DNA of 33,023 nucleotides, from contig NW_008246089.1 of the NCBI RefSeq assembly GCF_000281045.1, positions 425,792 to 458,814 of the forward strand, written 5' to 3'. Every line of letters starts with the position of its first letter. The first letter of the stretch is position 1. This DNA is from Saprolegnia diclina VS20 (taxonomy: Eukaryota). A program made the position numbers and the translations under genes. Of the stretch, positions 10,759-21,372 are shown piece after piece. The notes below the pieces were generated by a model. It was given only the letters and a program-made list of their open reading frames with translations. It made no database searches and was not told the DNA's origin.

Positions 10759-11091
10759 CGTTCAAATCGCAGTCTAGTCGGAAGCGACTAACTTGAATGT
10801 ATTGGCGAGTGCTCTTTGATGCATGCGTACTCGCCATTAGTAGAGACCACGCCGCCATTGCCCACCCACAGTCAAACGCGTGACATCGCTATCTCCTCAG
10901 CGTTGATACCGACACCGCGTCCTTGACTGAGACAGCAAGTCGCACGTCCCTTGGGCGACTGCTGCCAACTGCAAGGGACCTGCTCGGAGCTCTGCTATCC
11001 CACAAAGAATCGCTGCCTTCTCGAGTTGTAGTTAATATTGATCGAGAGCACTCCTACCATATACCCTAATAGTGTCGTCGAATGCCAAGCT

Positions 11092-12872
11092 TTACTGGCC
11101 CTGGCGCTGGCGCGGCGCGCACTTGACAATGTCGTCGACGCGCAAGATCATTTCCGCGGCTTCGGCGGCCGAGAAGAGCACCTGCATCTTGCTCTTGTAT
11201 GCTTCCCGAATGCCAAGTGTGTCCATGTTGCCAACGCTGCCGTTCCGCATGTCGAGGCCCGCGAGGTGGTCGCCGGCGACGTGCGCCGCACGGAGCTGCG
11301 TCACGAGCTCCGAGCTGTCGTAGCCGCCGTTGTCGGCAATGATGGCCGGAATTTGGCGCAGCGCGCGCGCAAACGCCTCCATGGCCAGCGACTTCTTGCC
11401 GGGGATCGAAATGGCCTTTTCGTCAATCGCTTGCGCCATGAGGATCTCTGTGCAGCCGCCGCCCATGACGACGCGCGTGTGCTTGACCGTCTGCGAGAGG
11501 ACCGCGAGCGCGTCGTGGAGCGAGCGCTCGGCCTCCTCAAGGAGATGCGAACTCGCGCCACGCAGCACGACGCTGCACGCGAGGCCCGTCTTGACGCCCG
11601 AGAAACGAATCACACGGTCCTCGCCAATCATGACTTCCTCAATGAGCTTGCACTCGCCGAGCGAGACGAGCTCCGGGTGCTCGAACGTCGACGTGATCTC
11701 GCCGCCCGTGACCGCGGCCAAGCGCTCAATGCCGTCAAAGTCGGCGTGTTCGATGGCCATGATGCCCTTCTCCGTAAAGATCTACGTGCAATGCATGAGC
11801 GTCGTCATCGTCACGACACGAGGTAGAGGATACCTGCTCCGGGTAGTTGTAGATGAGCTGACGGTTGATAAAGCAGTTGATGCCAAAGTTGGCGATCTTC
11901 TCGCACTTGGCGCGCATGCGCTTCTTCTCGGCCTCTTCAATGCTCGCGACCTTGTCCATTGAGTCGACCTTGACGCGCGCGCCGTAGATCTTGATCTTGT
12001 CCGTGTCCATGCCCGTGTTGGCGATGAGGATCTTGGCGTTCTCAATGCGCTTGGGCTGGCCGACGCCAATGTGCTTGTTGAGGATGAAGCCTTCCTCGAG
12101 GTACGAGTCCTTCAAGCTGCCGCCCTGCTTCTTGATGATCTGAATGTGGTCCAAATTGTTGGAGCCCTTCAAGCGAAGGACCGCGTTCACGGCAAGCTCG
12201 GCTAATCGCAACGAGATGAGCTCCATGACGTCGTCAACGAGATATTCGTACCAAAGTACTCCTTCGAGTCCGTAAGGAGCTTGGAGCTGAGCGTCGTGCG
12301 AGCAATGTTGAGGAGGTCCTCGCGGAACTTTTCGGGGTTGCCCGAGTGGTCGGCCGCGGACGCTTCCAACGCCTGGTGGGCCGTGCTCAAGGCAATGCGC
12401 CAGCCTTCGATGATCGTCTGCGGGTGGATGCGCTGCTCAATCAGCTTCTCGGCTTCGCGAAGGAGCTCGCCGCAGAGGACAGCCACACTAGCGCGGGTAT
12501 GAGCATCGATGACACATCATCGTCGCCAGCGCACCTCGTGGTGCCATCGCCGACTTCGTCGTCCTGCGTCTTGGCAATGTCGACCAAGACCTTGGCGGCC
12601 GCGTTATCCACGTAGACGCTCTTGAGGATCGTCGCGCCATCGTTCGTGACCGAAATGGACTTGTCGGGGCCGCCGACTGACTGCAGAATCTTGTCCATGC
12701 CCTTGGGGCCGAGCGTCGTCTTGACCATGTCGGCGATCGCAATCGCGCCGACGAACGAGGCCAGGCGAGCGTTCTCGCCCTACACATATCGAGCGTCAAC
12801 CTCCGCCATCCAGCGCCATGCTCCTCGCACCTTCTCGACTTGGGATTCCGGGTTCAGCACCGAGTGTTGCAT
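11092..12872 (-). CDS. CCT2: T-complex protein 1 subunit beta (CCT2 chaperonin), 5 exons, ~526 aa
   Basis: Exons 12872-12831, 12779-12535, 12487-12252, 12201-11834, 11781-11092 sum to 1581 nt. Motifs include [30 protein letters not shown] and GDGTTS, plus the beta-subunit-type segments [11 protein letters not shown] and [14 protein letters not shown]. Confidence 0.96.
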
Positions 12873-13572
12873 TCTGTTCTTCCTGTGGCAATTAGATGAT
12901 CAGTGTGGTGGAGCGCAGGCCGTATACACCGCAGCAAGTCCCCCCAAAGGCGGCGCGTCTTTTTATTCCATTGCATACAAATCACAAGGTATTTATTTAA
13001 ATCGTGCCACCACCATGCTTTTTTGGGGTCCATTCCATATTTTAAATATCGTTTTCACGTCCCTCAAGCTTGCATATTGTATGTGAAGCGAATGAAAACT
13101 GATTTAAATTGTAGACTATTTCGGGGCAGTCCCTTCGTTTTGCCCAAGGTTTTTCCTTTTTACCCAATCACAGCGCAGCGATCTTTCACGTGAAATAGTG
13201 TTTAACTGAGCTGACCCGCGCGCACCTTTCAAACCCGCCATTAAACTGCGCGAGGACATACGTCTAAAGCCATAGCGCACTCTCTACATACCTAGAAAGC
13301 TCTAGGGTACGAGGCATATGTACGAGCGACATGGTTTGGATTTGCAATGCTTTGCACGCTCGGTTCTGCCGAAATAGCTAACACTATTTATTGTCGTGTC
13401 TTGATAAAAGCTCACACAAAGTACGCGGTAGCACAGAGCCGCCCGCAACCTCGAGCCTAAACAGCACAACGCTTAGTGGGAAGCACGCGGTGATAAAGGC
13501 ATCTATTCTTGCAGCTCCGTGCTACTGGCGCATCGTCGGTAAACCCGTCAAACGCAAATAGTGTGCCTACAG

Positions 13573-13602
13573 CAGCCAATGTGGCCGAATTTTAGCCAAT
13601 GA
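13573..13602 (+). promoter_or_regulatory. Tandem CCAAT boxes upstream of the bL25 gene
   Basis: AGCCAATG occurs twice within 30 nt, ~70-100 nt upstream of ATG 13673. Confidence 0.45.
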
Positions 13603-13672
13603 GCGTGTCGAAAATCTCAATGCATTTTGTCCAGTTGTTCCAAAACAGCATTGGCCGTGGAGTAGGAAGACG

Positions 13673-14410
13673 ATGATGCTCTTGTCGCGTGTCCACGCCC
13701 GCGGGCCCTTGGCGTCCCTGACGCGCCAGGCGTCGACGTCGTCGCACCTGACCTTCCTTCAGCTGCAGCCGCGCTTGAAGGACGGCTCGCGCGAGTCGCG
13801 CCGCCTGCGCCGTGGCGGCCAGCTGCCCGGCATCCTCTACGGCGAAGGCTCAACCGGCGAGAAGACCAAGGTGCTCGTGACGATGGACCAGACGGACTTT
13901 GAGCGCGAGTACCGCAAGCTGCGCTCGTCGATGGCCAACCAGGTGTACGAGGTGTCGGTCGGCGAGAGCGCGCCGACGAAGGTGCTCTTGCGTGACATTA
14001 CGCTGCACCCGGTGACGGACGTGCCGCTGACGGTCAACTTTCTCCGCTTCAAGCCCGGGCGCACGGTGCACATCCCGCTCGACTTTTTGAACCAGGAGGG
14101 CAGCCCGGGTCTCAAGCGCGGTGGCTACATCAACAACGTGCGCCACGACATTCCGTGCAAGGTCAACGCGGACGACATTCCGTCGACCTTGGACGTGGAC
14201 GTCAACGGCATGCACGTCGGCGAGCGTATCTATTTGGAAAACATCACGTTCCCGGAGCACATTGAGCCGCTCGTGGCGCCGCGCGCCGTGATTGCGACGA
14301 TTGCCGGCAAGCGCGGTCTCATCCCCAAGACGGAAGAAGAAGACGTCGAAGAAGTAGTGGAGGAAGAGGTCGAAGAAGACGACGAAGAGGAGTACCAGCC
14401 CGTCTTTTAA
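13673..14410 (+). CDS. rplY: Ribosomal protein bL25 (Ctc/TL5 long form), probably mitochondrion-targeted, 245 aa, intronless
   Basis: L25 motifs SRRLRRGGQLPGILYG and HPVTDVPLTVNF are present, with a C-terminal TL5 domain (SPGLKRGG..IPSTLDVDVNGMHVGERI) and an acidic tail. The Arg/Ser-rich, acid-free N-terminal extension is typical of a mitochondrial presequence. Confidence 0.9.
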   Translation: MMLLSRVHARGPLASLTRQASTSSHLTFLQLQPRLKDGSRESRRLRRGGQLPGILYGEGSTGEKTKVLVTMDQTDFEREYRKLRSSMANQVYEVSVGESAPTKVLLRDITLHPVTDVPLTVNFLRFKPGRTVHIPLDFLNQEGSPGLKRGGYINNVRHDIPCKVNADDIPSTLDVDVNGMHVGERIYLENITFPEHIEPLVAPRAVIATIAGKRGLIPKTEEEDVEEVVEEEVEEDDEEEYQPVF

Positions 14411-14488
14411 GACCGCGATTATGCCATAGAGACAGAAGAGATGAAGAGTGTAGTAAAGACAAACATAGTACTATGCATGCATGGTTGA

Positions 14489-15513
14489 CTACGAGCGCGT
14501 GAAGAACGACGTGATGCGCGACGCCTCGCTCGTCGGCGCTTCGATGGGCTTGGCCTTGGGCTCGGCCGACCGGCTCGTTGCTGACGCCGCCGACGATTGC
14601 GGAAAGTCGTCGCGCAGCCAGTCCAAGCACCCCAGAGCGTGGATGGCTTGCAGGAGGTCCGAATCCTTGATCGTCTTGCGCTTGGAAATGAGCGCGCTGT
14701 CGTAGCCCTTCGCCGCAAGGAATTGAATAAAGAGCTCCTACGCCACCATCATGAGATGCAAGGATGTTGAGGCGGATGCGAACGGTAGCCTTGGCGATGG
14801 CGATCTGAGCGTCCTTGGAGACCTTGCCGACGTCCGGGTCCGCGGAGATGATGCGCTTGACCCGCGCTACATGCAAGGTTGCATGAAAAACGGAAGGACT
14901 CCCATGCCATGCGTACAGAGGGGCAGGATCAAGACGTCTTCTGCCGGTGGCGCCGCCGGCTTTTCCGGCGCCAGGTCTATTCCGCGGTCAATCATGTCTT
15001 GCTTGGCCGCAGTGTAGCGCTCCTTGTCCTTGAGGGCCAGCTGCACGTAGGGCTACGCAAGCACGGAGTCTAGCATCGTCGTCGAGCTCGATAGAGCGCT
15101 AACCTCCTTGTCTTCGGGCGTCAGCTCCTTCCACATGGTCCCGAGGACCTTTTGAATCGTCCCAATCGTCGCGCCAGGGTTCTCGGCCTTGGCCTGCGGG
15201 CGTTTGGCCGCGAGGAAGTGAAAATACGCCGACTGCGGCTTCACCAGCCCCTTCCCGCCTTCCTTCTACACAGAGACGAGGTCTTGCTCATGGCGACCAA
15301 AGGTTCATGTACCGGCGCCTCGCCTTGCGCTGCGGTTGTCTCGGCGTCCTCGGTCGGCGAGGTCATCCCCTCATCTTCCTTGGTCTCTTCCTCAGCGGTC
15401 CCGTCATCCTCTTCGTCCGATCGACTCCCCTTCTCTTCGACGTACGTCATCTCGTCGTTCGCCGTCACTCCCGTCATCTCGTCGTCGTCGACGTCCGACC
15501 GCTGGTTCGCCAT
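14489..15513 (-). CDS. Acidic N-terminus + HMG box + H2A-like histone-fold protein (NF-YC/DPB3/POLE4/CHRAC-type), 5 exons, ~276 aa
   Basis: Exons 15513-15313, 15265-15104, 15052-14917, 14866-14784, 14737-14489 sum to 831 nt. The HMG box is KPQSAYFHFLAAKRPQAKAENPGATIGTIQKVLGTMWKELTPEDKEPYVQLALKDKERY. The histone fold is LPLSRVKRIISADPDVGKVSKDAQIAIAKATELFIQFLA..KRKTIKDSDL. Confidence 0.88.
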
Positions 15514-15527
15514 CGTCCAGCGCCGCC

Positions 15528-15616
15528 CCGCCAAAAAATCTTTGGTCGATGCCACATCTACCATATTCAACTGGGTCGTATTTGTGGCATATGCCAATGT
15601 TAAGAATTTGGCGCCA
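15528..15616. promoter_or_regulatory. Two E2F-consensus-like sites upstream of the HMG/histone-fold gene
   Basis: TTTGGCGG on the minus strand (15528-15535) and TTTGGCGC/palindromic TTGGCGCCAA (15607-15617) match WTTSSCSS, about 15-100 nt upstream of the ATG. Confidence 0.35.
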
Positions 15617-16134
15617 AGCGCCCACTAGATTCAGTGCAAGACCTGACAGGCGGTCGACTCGCCCCGTGATGGTCAGGCACGCATGACAATATTGTCGTAT
15701 TGTTCAACTACAGTGTACTGCACCTAAACACAAGGCAGTTTGCCTTGAACGGTTCTTCGATAGTAACCTCAGCGCCAGAGCTCTTGCCGCTCTCCTCAAG
15801 CTTCCATGGCGAGCAAGACGGTGGTTTCAACGTGCGTCGTTGGCGCTAACACAAGAAGTATCTGCGACTGCGCACGACACCAGGTCGACTGCAGGCCGCG
15901 CCAAGTACAAGCACTCTGCAAGCCGGAACTGGCACACGATCCCGAGGCACAAGCACGATTGAACTAGCTCCGTCGTATCGTCCTGCCTCATAAAGTTAGT
16001 AGCTCCTTAATGACATATTATTGGTTCCATAGCCATATGTCTAGTTGGGTGTATTTGCTAATCGATGGCCCTCCCCTGAAACCATCTAACTAACGTTAGC
16101 GTACGTCACTGGACGACGAGCAGTTTCGCGACCA

Positions 16135-19100
16135 ATGGCCAAGGTCGGCATCGCGTGGTCGCCCGCCGCCCCGCCGCGACCTTCAATGTGGGCGCATCTT
16201 CCCGAGTGCTGCGGTATCCTCTACGTTCTCACGTCCGTCTTTCTCAGCGTCTATGGCCTCACCCTTCTCTCGTCGTACACCCAAAACGACCTCTTCTGGC
16301 CCGACTATGCGACGCGCAACACGTCACGTACGCTCACCGACGTGCTCAACGGGCAGCTGCGGCTCCAGTCGTCGCTTCCACCGACCGACGTGACGTCCCT
16401 TACGTTTGTGCTCTCGTCGGATGCAGCAGGATCGCCCCACACGTATGCGCGTCAGCTCTTGTACCACGAGCTCACAACACCGATGGACGCGATTCGCGGG
16501 TTGCGCATTCTGCTGCCGGTGCATGTCACGTCGCTCGTGTCGCAGTACTGCTGGGTTGACTGGCATCAGAACTGGAGCGTTGCGCACTCGGGCCAACGCG
16601 CCGCGCGGTGTCGAGACAAGTACCAAGCGAACGCCGCCAAGTACCTCGAGAGCGTGTTTCGCAACATTGCCTTTGACGCGTGGCACGCGATTCACGGCGA
16701 CTACTACGACGCATCGATCGCACGACCCATCGCGGCGTCCTCGCTCGATGGCGCCGCTTGGGTCACAGCGATGGCCTCCCACATGTGGCTACCACCCGTC
16801 GACGAACTTCACCTCTGGGAAGCCCGGGGCCTGCACCACTTTACACTCGGGTACGCCAACATTGTGCAAGTCGGGCTCCAAGAGACCATCGATGTTATCA
16901 ACGCACTCGGCCAGCGCCACGCGACGCTCGTTAAGGCCATACCGCTCGTCGAACGTGGGTCGTTTGGCACGTCGATCTACCTCTACGGCGGCCTTTTGTA
17001 TGACTTTGAAGCGGTGGGGGCCAACGGCAGCATTGTCCGCAACACGTCCACCTTCATGAGCGACCCGGACCACATTCAGTACTACGTTGTAGGGACACCG
17101 CTGAGCAGCGCTCAGAGCGCGCTACGATCTCAGATTGGACCATTGGGGTCGATCGACTTGATGTGGGTACCGCCGCCAGTGGCGCTTCTCGCGTCTGTCG
17201 AGCTTTTTCGCGTCTCGATCGACGCCAACTTGGCGGCCAATGCAGCGTTCCGCGCGGCGTTTGTCGCCATGGGCGGTCGTACGATTCTGCACCCGACGCC
17301 GACGACGTGGCGCAACGACTCACTTCGCTTCTTGGGGGGCAGTCCGCTCTGCGGCCACGGCGCGCCCGTGCCGTTTGTTCAAGAGAGCTTTGGTTTCGAC
17401 GACGGCTGTGGTACGCAAAAACAGCTCGCACTGCGCTGGACGCCTCTCTCGAGCCTCTTTGCGGCCGTGATGCTACGGAACACGAGTACGGCCGCGCTCT
17501 GTGACCTCTGCGACGGTTCCACCTTGGACGCGTGCGCGGCGCAAGTGGTCTTAACGACCGCCGCCATCGCAGCGATACCAGGCTTTGCGATGGCGGCACC
17601 GCCCATCGAGGATCTCAACATCTCGCTGTTTCAATACGTGTCGACTGACACGGTGGTCTGGCTCGAGACTCTGCCGATCTTGACACCCGACTTTGCCGTT
17701 GCGGGGTGGATGGCGCTCTACGAATGGGCACTTGGGGACCGGGAGGTTGTCTTGTTTGAAGGTGACGTGGACAAGATGACATTGATCTCATCCACGTACA
17801 CGCCGCTGGCCCGCCCGCCACCGAGCGACCTAGGCAACGCTGGCTTCTATCTCTGGTCGGTGGCTGTCTCTATCTCGGTCGTGTTGACGTTTGTGGCTCT
17901 TGTGCTGATTCTGCTCTGGGTGCAGTACCGTCCACTGCATTGTTCGTGGTGGTACTTTCATCGCATCGTTGCGAGTGTATGGCTCTCCAAGACGCTGCTC
18001 ATGGCGCGCGGCCTCACGGCGGTGCTCTGCCTCGCCACCACCCCGCTCGTCCCGTCGCATGATGACGTCACGTCGTCCCTCTCGCACGTGCCACGTTCGC
18101 TGCTCGTGTCGGCCGTGCTCGCGAGCGAAGTCACGTGGACGCTGTACGTGCTCCATGAACTTGCGCATCCGATGACGCAGGCGTACACACGCACGTATGC
18201 GCCAATCAACATCGGCCTCGGGTGGCTACTCACGCTGAGTTTTGATTTCTTTGCGCCGCTGGAACACGTTGCCGTTCGCATCCAGCGCAGCTGTCGCCAC
18301 GTTAGCTTTGGATACGTCATCCAATGTGAGAGCGCGAGCCTTGCGATTGGCTCCAACGCGCGCTGCACAAGCCTCTTGGTGGCCCAACTCATTCTTCTTG
18401 TCGTTTGTATGCTCTTTGGGCGAGCACACCGCCGCCGCCATGTGACCTACACCTCCGCTACCGGCACAGCACTCTTGCCCACGATGGCAACGGCGTTTCT
18501 TGGGTCGGAGCACGCCTCGGCTGTCGACTTGACGCTCCACAATGTCGTGACAGGCGCCATGTGTGGCCTCTTTAGCTTCACGCAGCGCGGGCAACGACGT
18601 GTGTTTGACACCAAGCTCTGGCGGCTCTTTGAGAGCACCAAATTGCAGCGCGGGCCCAGCTTCATGTCGTGCCAGCCCACCAAGCTTGCGTCACTTCCGA
18701 TGTGGTGCAAGTACCCGACGCTAAACTTACTCTTGGGGTTTGGGTACCTTGCCTTGACGTTGTGCAATAATGCGCTCTACCTCAGCGTCGCGGACGAGAC
18801 ATTTGCCAACGATTTTGGCTGGCGTGGCTTTCGCGCCGATTGCACCTACCCGTATATCGGCAACCTCTTCAACGCGCACCTGCTCACGACCCCGTATATG
18901 CGCTTCCAGCTCGACAATGCCTCGCTCGGTGACCTCGTCCAGTCGTACAACACGTCGTCCGCACTGCTGAGCGCGTCTCCGACGGCGCCGCGCCGACAAC
19001 TCTTTCGCAACACGGATATCACGGATGCTGTCGCCAACCTCCGCCGTATGGATCCGTGTAATTTGCCGTGGATGTTTACGCAATACTGCTGGATCGACCT

Positions 19101-21372
19101 GCGCCAAACGTGGGCGATGGCGTCGACCGCTGCGCGCCAAGCTCGCTGTGCCTTCCACGCAAACAACGGTGCGCGGTACCTTGAGACCGGCCTTCGCAAT
19201 CTGCGCGACGTCGACGCCTGGGACGCTTGCTGGGGGCACTCGTTTGCGGTTGGATTTGGCGCGTTTCTTGCTTTCTCGCGCAATGGACAGCAATGGCTCT
19301 CAACGACGCTACAGCCATTCAAGGTTTCGATCGACGACGAAGCGGTACACTGGGCAGCACACGGCATTGACTCGTTTGTTCTGCAGTGGCAAAACTACAA
19401 AACACTGGGGTTCAACGACGCTCTGACGATCTGGACTGCACTAGGGTTAGGGTACACGCTCCCGCTGAGCGCAATCGAAGGCGTCGACCGACGAGATCAA
19501 CAAACGTCGTTGCGAATGTACTGGTCATTTGCCGCGGACCTCTGGGCCATTGCTGGCAATGAAACTCGGATTGGCGGCTGTAGTTTGATTCGAAATAGCG
19601 CCACGTTTGCATTTGAGAATGGAACGACACCCGAGTCGTTGCTCTTTGAGAACCTGACGCTGGCAGCGCCGCTGTCACCGGGCCTTGCGATGCTCGCGTC
19701 GACACTCGGACCGTTTGGCGCTGTTGATATGGTGTACGTCCTGCCGCCACTGCCGTTGCGTACGCTCTACGAAGCGTTCACAGCGCTCCTCTCGCAGTGG
19801 ATGCAGCTGCCGGATGCTAACACGAGCGTCTTTTCGAATTTACCGGTTCGACCTGCAATTGCCGAAGCGTCATCGAGCCTGCTCTCCGGTCCCGACACGA
19901 TGCTTGTCGGTGGCAACCTTCTCTGCGGCGACGACTTGCCGCCGTTCAGCTCCCGCAACGGCATCGACTTGGCCTTCTCGGTCGACAACCTCTGCCACGC
20001 CGTGTTCCTCGACTACATGCATCCGGGCACGGTTGGGCTCCTCTTTGCCCTCTTTGGCCATTTGAGCACGAGCTACACTGCGAGCAACGTCGTGGCTTTG
20101 GAGAGCATTTGCTTCCTGGACGCGTACCGAGGGGTGCATTGCGTCAACGACTACATGGCGCTCGTGTCGTTTTTGACAGACGAGGTGCAACCACCCCCTG
20201 CCTTCGTGTCGCTCGCGCTCGACACATTTACTACCGTGCATGCCATGAACATTGAAATGGTCCAGTATCTTTACCGCAACAATAGCGCCAAGTCGCCGCT
20301 TGAGCTCTACCGCATCAACCTTATGGATGAAGACGATGTGCCGTGGCGATTCTACGGCTGGTGCTTCCTGTACGAGTGGGTCTCGGGCACCCGCGAAGTC
20401 GTCTCGTTCCAAGGCGACGTTGGCACGGTAGCCACCATCTCGGCGCGCGCCAACCCAACGCACTTGTCGCCGGACCCGCTCGTCATTCCAACGTACCTCT
20501 CGCTCATGTTTCGCGACAGCCTCGTCGGCATCACAGTGGCGATGATAGCCGTGGCCCTTTTCATTGTACTGTACGCGATCCGGTGCCAAGGTCGCATTGA
20601 GGGCTTGAACCTTCTGGAAGTGAACCGGATTGTCGGCATTGTCTGGATCGGGCGCCCATTCCTGCTGCTGCGCGGCATCACAGCCATCATGCTTCTCAAT
20701 ACGAGTCCTCTCTACTTGGAGCAGGCCGGCGGCATCGCGCGCATGGCGACACCGCCGCTGCCGTGGTACAGCACGATCGTGGCGGCCTCCGAGGCGACGT
20801 GGCTCGTCTACGTTCTCAACGACCTCTTTAGCTGCGTCACGCGCCAGTATACGACAGTGTATGCCTACAAGAGCACGCTGCTCACGTGGGCAGCCGTCGC
20901 AACGTACACCTTTCTTCAGCCCCACATCCACATCGCCGAGATGGCGCGGCACTGCATAGCTGTCGATATGGACGTTGCCCTGCGTTGCACTAGCGGCTAT
21001 ATCGAAATCGGCAACGGCGCTCGCTTTTGGAAGGTCATTGCGATCTGCTGCAGCTCGATCCTTTTGTGTTATGGCGCCGACCGTCTCTCGCAGCCGCGCT
21101 TGGCCGACGTCACGGTGCCGTCGCTGCTCCTCAGCGCGCAGAGCGTCTACCTCTTTACGTTTGACCGGTGGATTCACGACGGCGACTACTATTTGGACCG
21201 GACCTCGGCCGTCATGGCCGGTCTCGTCAGCGTCGATTGGCGCGGTGCGCTTTTCATTCTCGACATCAAGGCGTGGCGCGTCCATACGGTGCGTCCGCTG
21301 TTGTCGCTCGACCTGACTCAGCCATTACGCTTTCAACATGCGATTCCGCTTCATCGCATTGACGTCGAGTAA
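16135..21372 (+). CDS. Large two-repeat multi-pass membrane protein, copy C (complete, 1745 aa, intronless)
   Basis: A single uninterrupted ORF with two homologous halves (~16200-18630 and ~18720-21300). Each half is TM - ND(L/F)xW - large Cys/N-sequon-rich domain with QYCWxDxxxxWxxAxxxxRxxRC..NxAxYLExxxRN, GPxGxxD, GGxxLCG and GWxxxYEWxxGxREVVxFxGD - ~5 TM - (F/L)DxKxWR. Confidence 0.92.
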   Translation: MAKVGIAWSPAAPPRPSMWAHLPECCGILYVLTSVFLSVYGLTLLSSYTQNDLFWPDYATRNTSRTLTDVLNGQLRLQSSLPPTDVTSLTFVLSSDAAGSPHTYARQLLYHELTTPMDAIRGLRILLPVHVTSLVSQYCWVDWHQNWSVAHSGQRAARCRDKYQANAAKYLESVFRNIAFDAWHAIHGDYYDASIARPIAASSLDGAAWVTAMASHMWLPPVDELHLWEARGLHHFTLGYANIVQVGLQETIDVINALGQRHATLVKAIPLVERGSFGTSIYLYGGLLYDFEAVGANGSIVRNTSTFMSDPDHIQYYVVGTPLSSAQSALRSQIGPLGSIDLMWVPPPVALLASVELFRVSIDANLAANAAFRAAFVAMGGRTILHPTPTTWRNDSLRFLGGSPLCGHGAPVPFVQESFGFDDGCGTQKQLALRWTPLSSLFAAVMLRNTSTAALCDLCDGSTLDACAAQVVLTTAAIAAIPGFAMAAPPIEDLNISLFQYVSTDTVVWLETLPILTPDFAVAGWMALYEWALGDREVVLFEGDVDKMTLISSTYTPLARPPPSDLGNAGFYLWSVAVSISVVLTFVALVLILLWVQYRPLHCSWWYFHRIVASVWLSKTLLMARGLTAVLCLATTPLVPSHDDVTSSLSHVPRSLLVSAVLASEVTWTLYVLHELAHPMTQAYTRTYAPINIGLGWLLTLSFDFFAPLEHVAVRIQRSCRHVSFGYVIQCESASLAIGSNARCTSLLVAQLILLVVCMLFGRAHRRRHVTYTSATGTALLPTMATAFLGSEHASAVDLTLHNVVTGAMCGLFSFTQRGQRRVFDTKLWRLFESTKLQRGPSFMSCQPTKLASLPMWCKYPTLNLLLGFGYLALTLCNNALYLSVADETFANDFGWRGFRADCTYPYIGNLFNAHLLTTPYMRFQLDNASLGDLVQSYNTSSALLSASPTAPRRQLFRNTDITDAVANLRRMDPCNLPWMFTQYCWIDLRQTWAMASTAARQARCAFHANNGARYLETGLRNLRDVDAWDACWGHSFAVGFGAFLAFSRNGQQWLSTTLQPFKVSIDDEAVHWAAHGIDSFVLQWQNYKTLGFNDALTIWTALGLGYTLPLSAIEGVDRRDQQTSLRMYWSFAADLWAIAGNETRIGGCSLIRNSATFAFENGTTPESLLFENLTLAAPLSPGLAMLASTLGPFGAVDMVYVLPPLPLRTLYEAFTALLSQWMQLPDANTSVFSNLPVRPAIAEASSSLLSGPDTMLVGGNLLCGDDLPPFSSRNGIDLAFSVDNLCHAVFLDYMHPGTVGLLFALFGHLSTSYTASNVVALESICFLDAYRGVHCVNDYMALVSFLTDEVQPPPAFVSLALDTFTTVHAMNIEMVQYLYRNNSAKSPLELYRINLMDEDDVPWRFYGWCFLYEWVSGTREVVSFQGDVGTVATISARANPTHLSPDPLVIPTYLSLMFRDSLVGITVAMIAVALFIVLYAIRCQGRIEGLNLLEVNRIVGIVWIGRPFLLLRGITAIMLLNTSPLYLEQAGGIARMATPPLPWYSTIVAASEATWLVYVLNDLFSCVTRQYTTVYAYKSTLLTWAAVATYTFLQPHIHIAEMARHCIAVDMDVALRCTSGYIEIGNGARFWKVIAICCSSILLCYGADRLSQPRLADVTVPSLLLSAQSVYLFTFDRWIHDGDYYLDRTSAVMAGLVSVDWRGALFILDIKAWRVHTVRPLLSLDLTQPLRFQHAIPLHRIDVE

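Noticed and set aside
11038..11962. Plus-strand ORFs of 262 aa and 210 aa
   Set aside because: They are antisense shadows of CCT2.
19870..21285. 471-aa minus-strand ORF
   Set aside because: It is antisense to the 1745-aa gene and has shadow-like composition.
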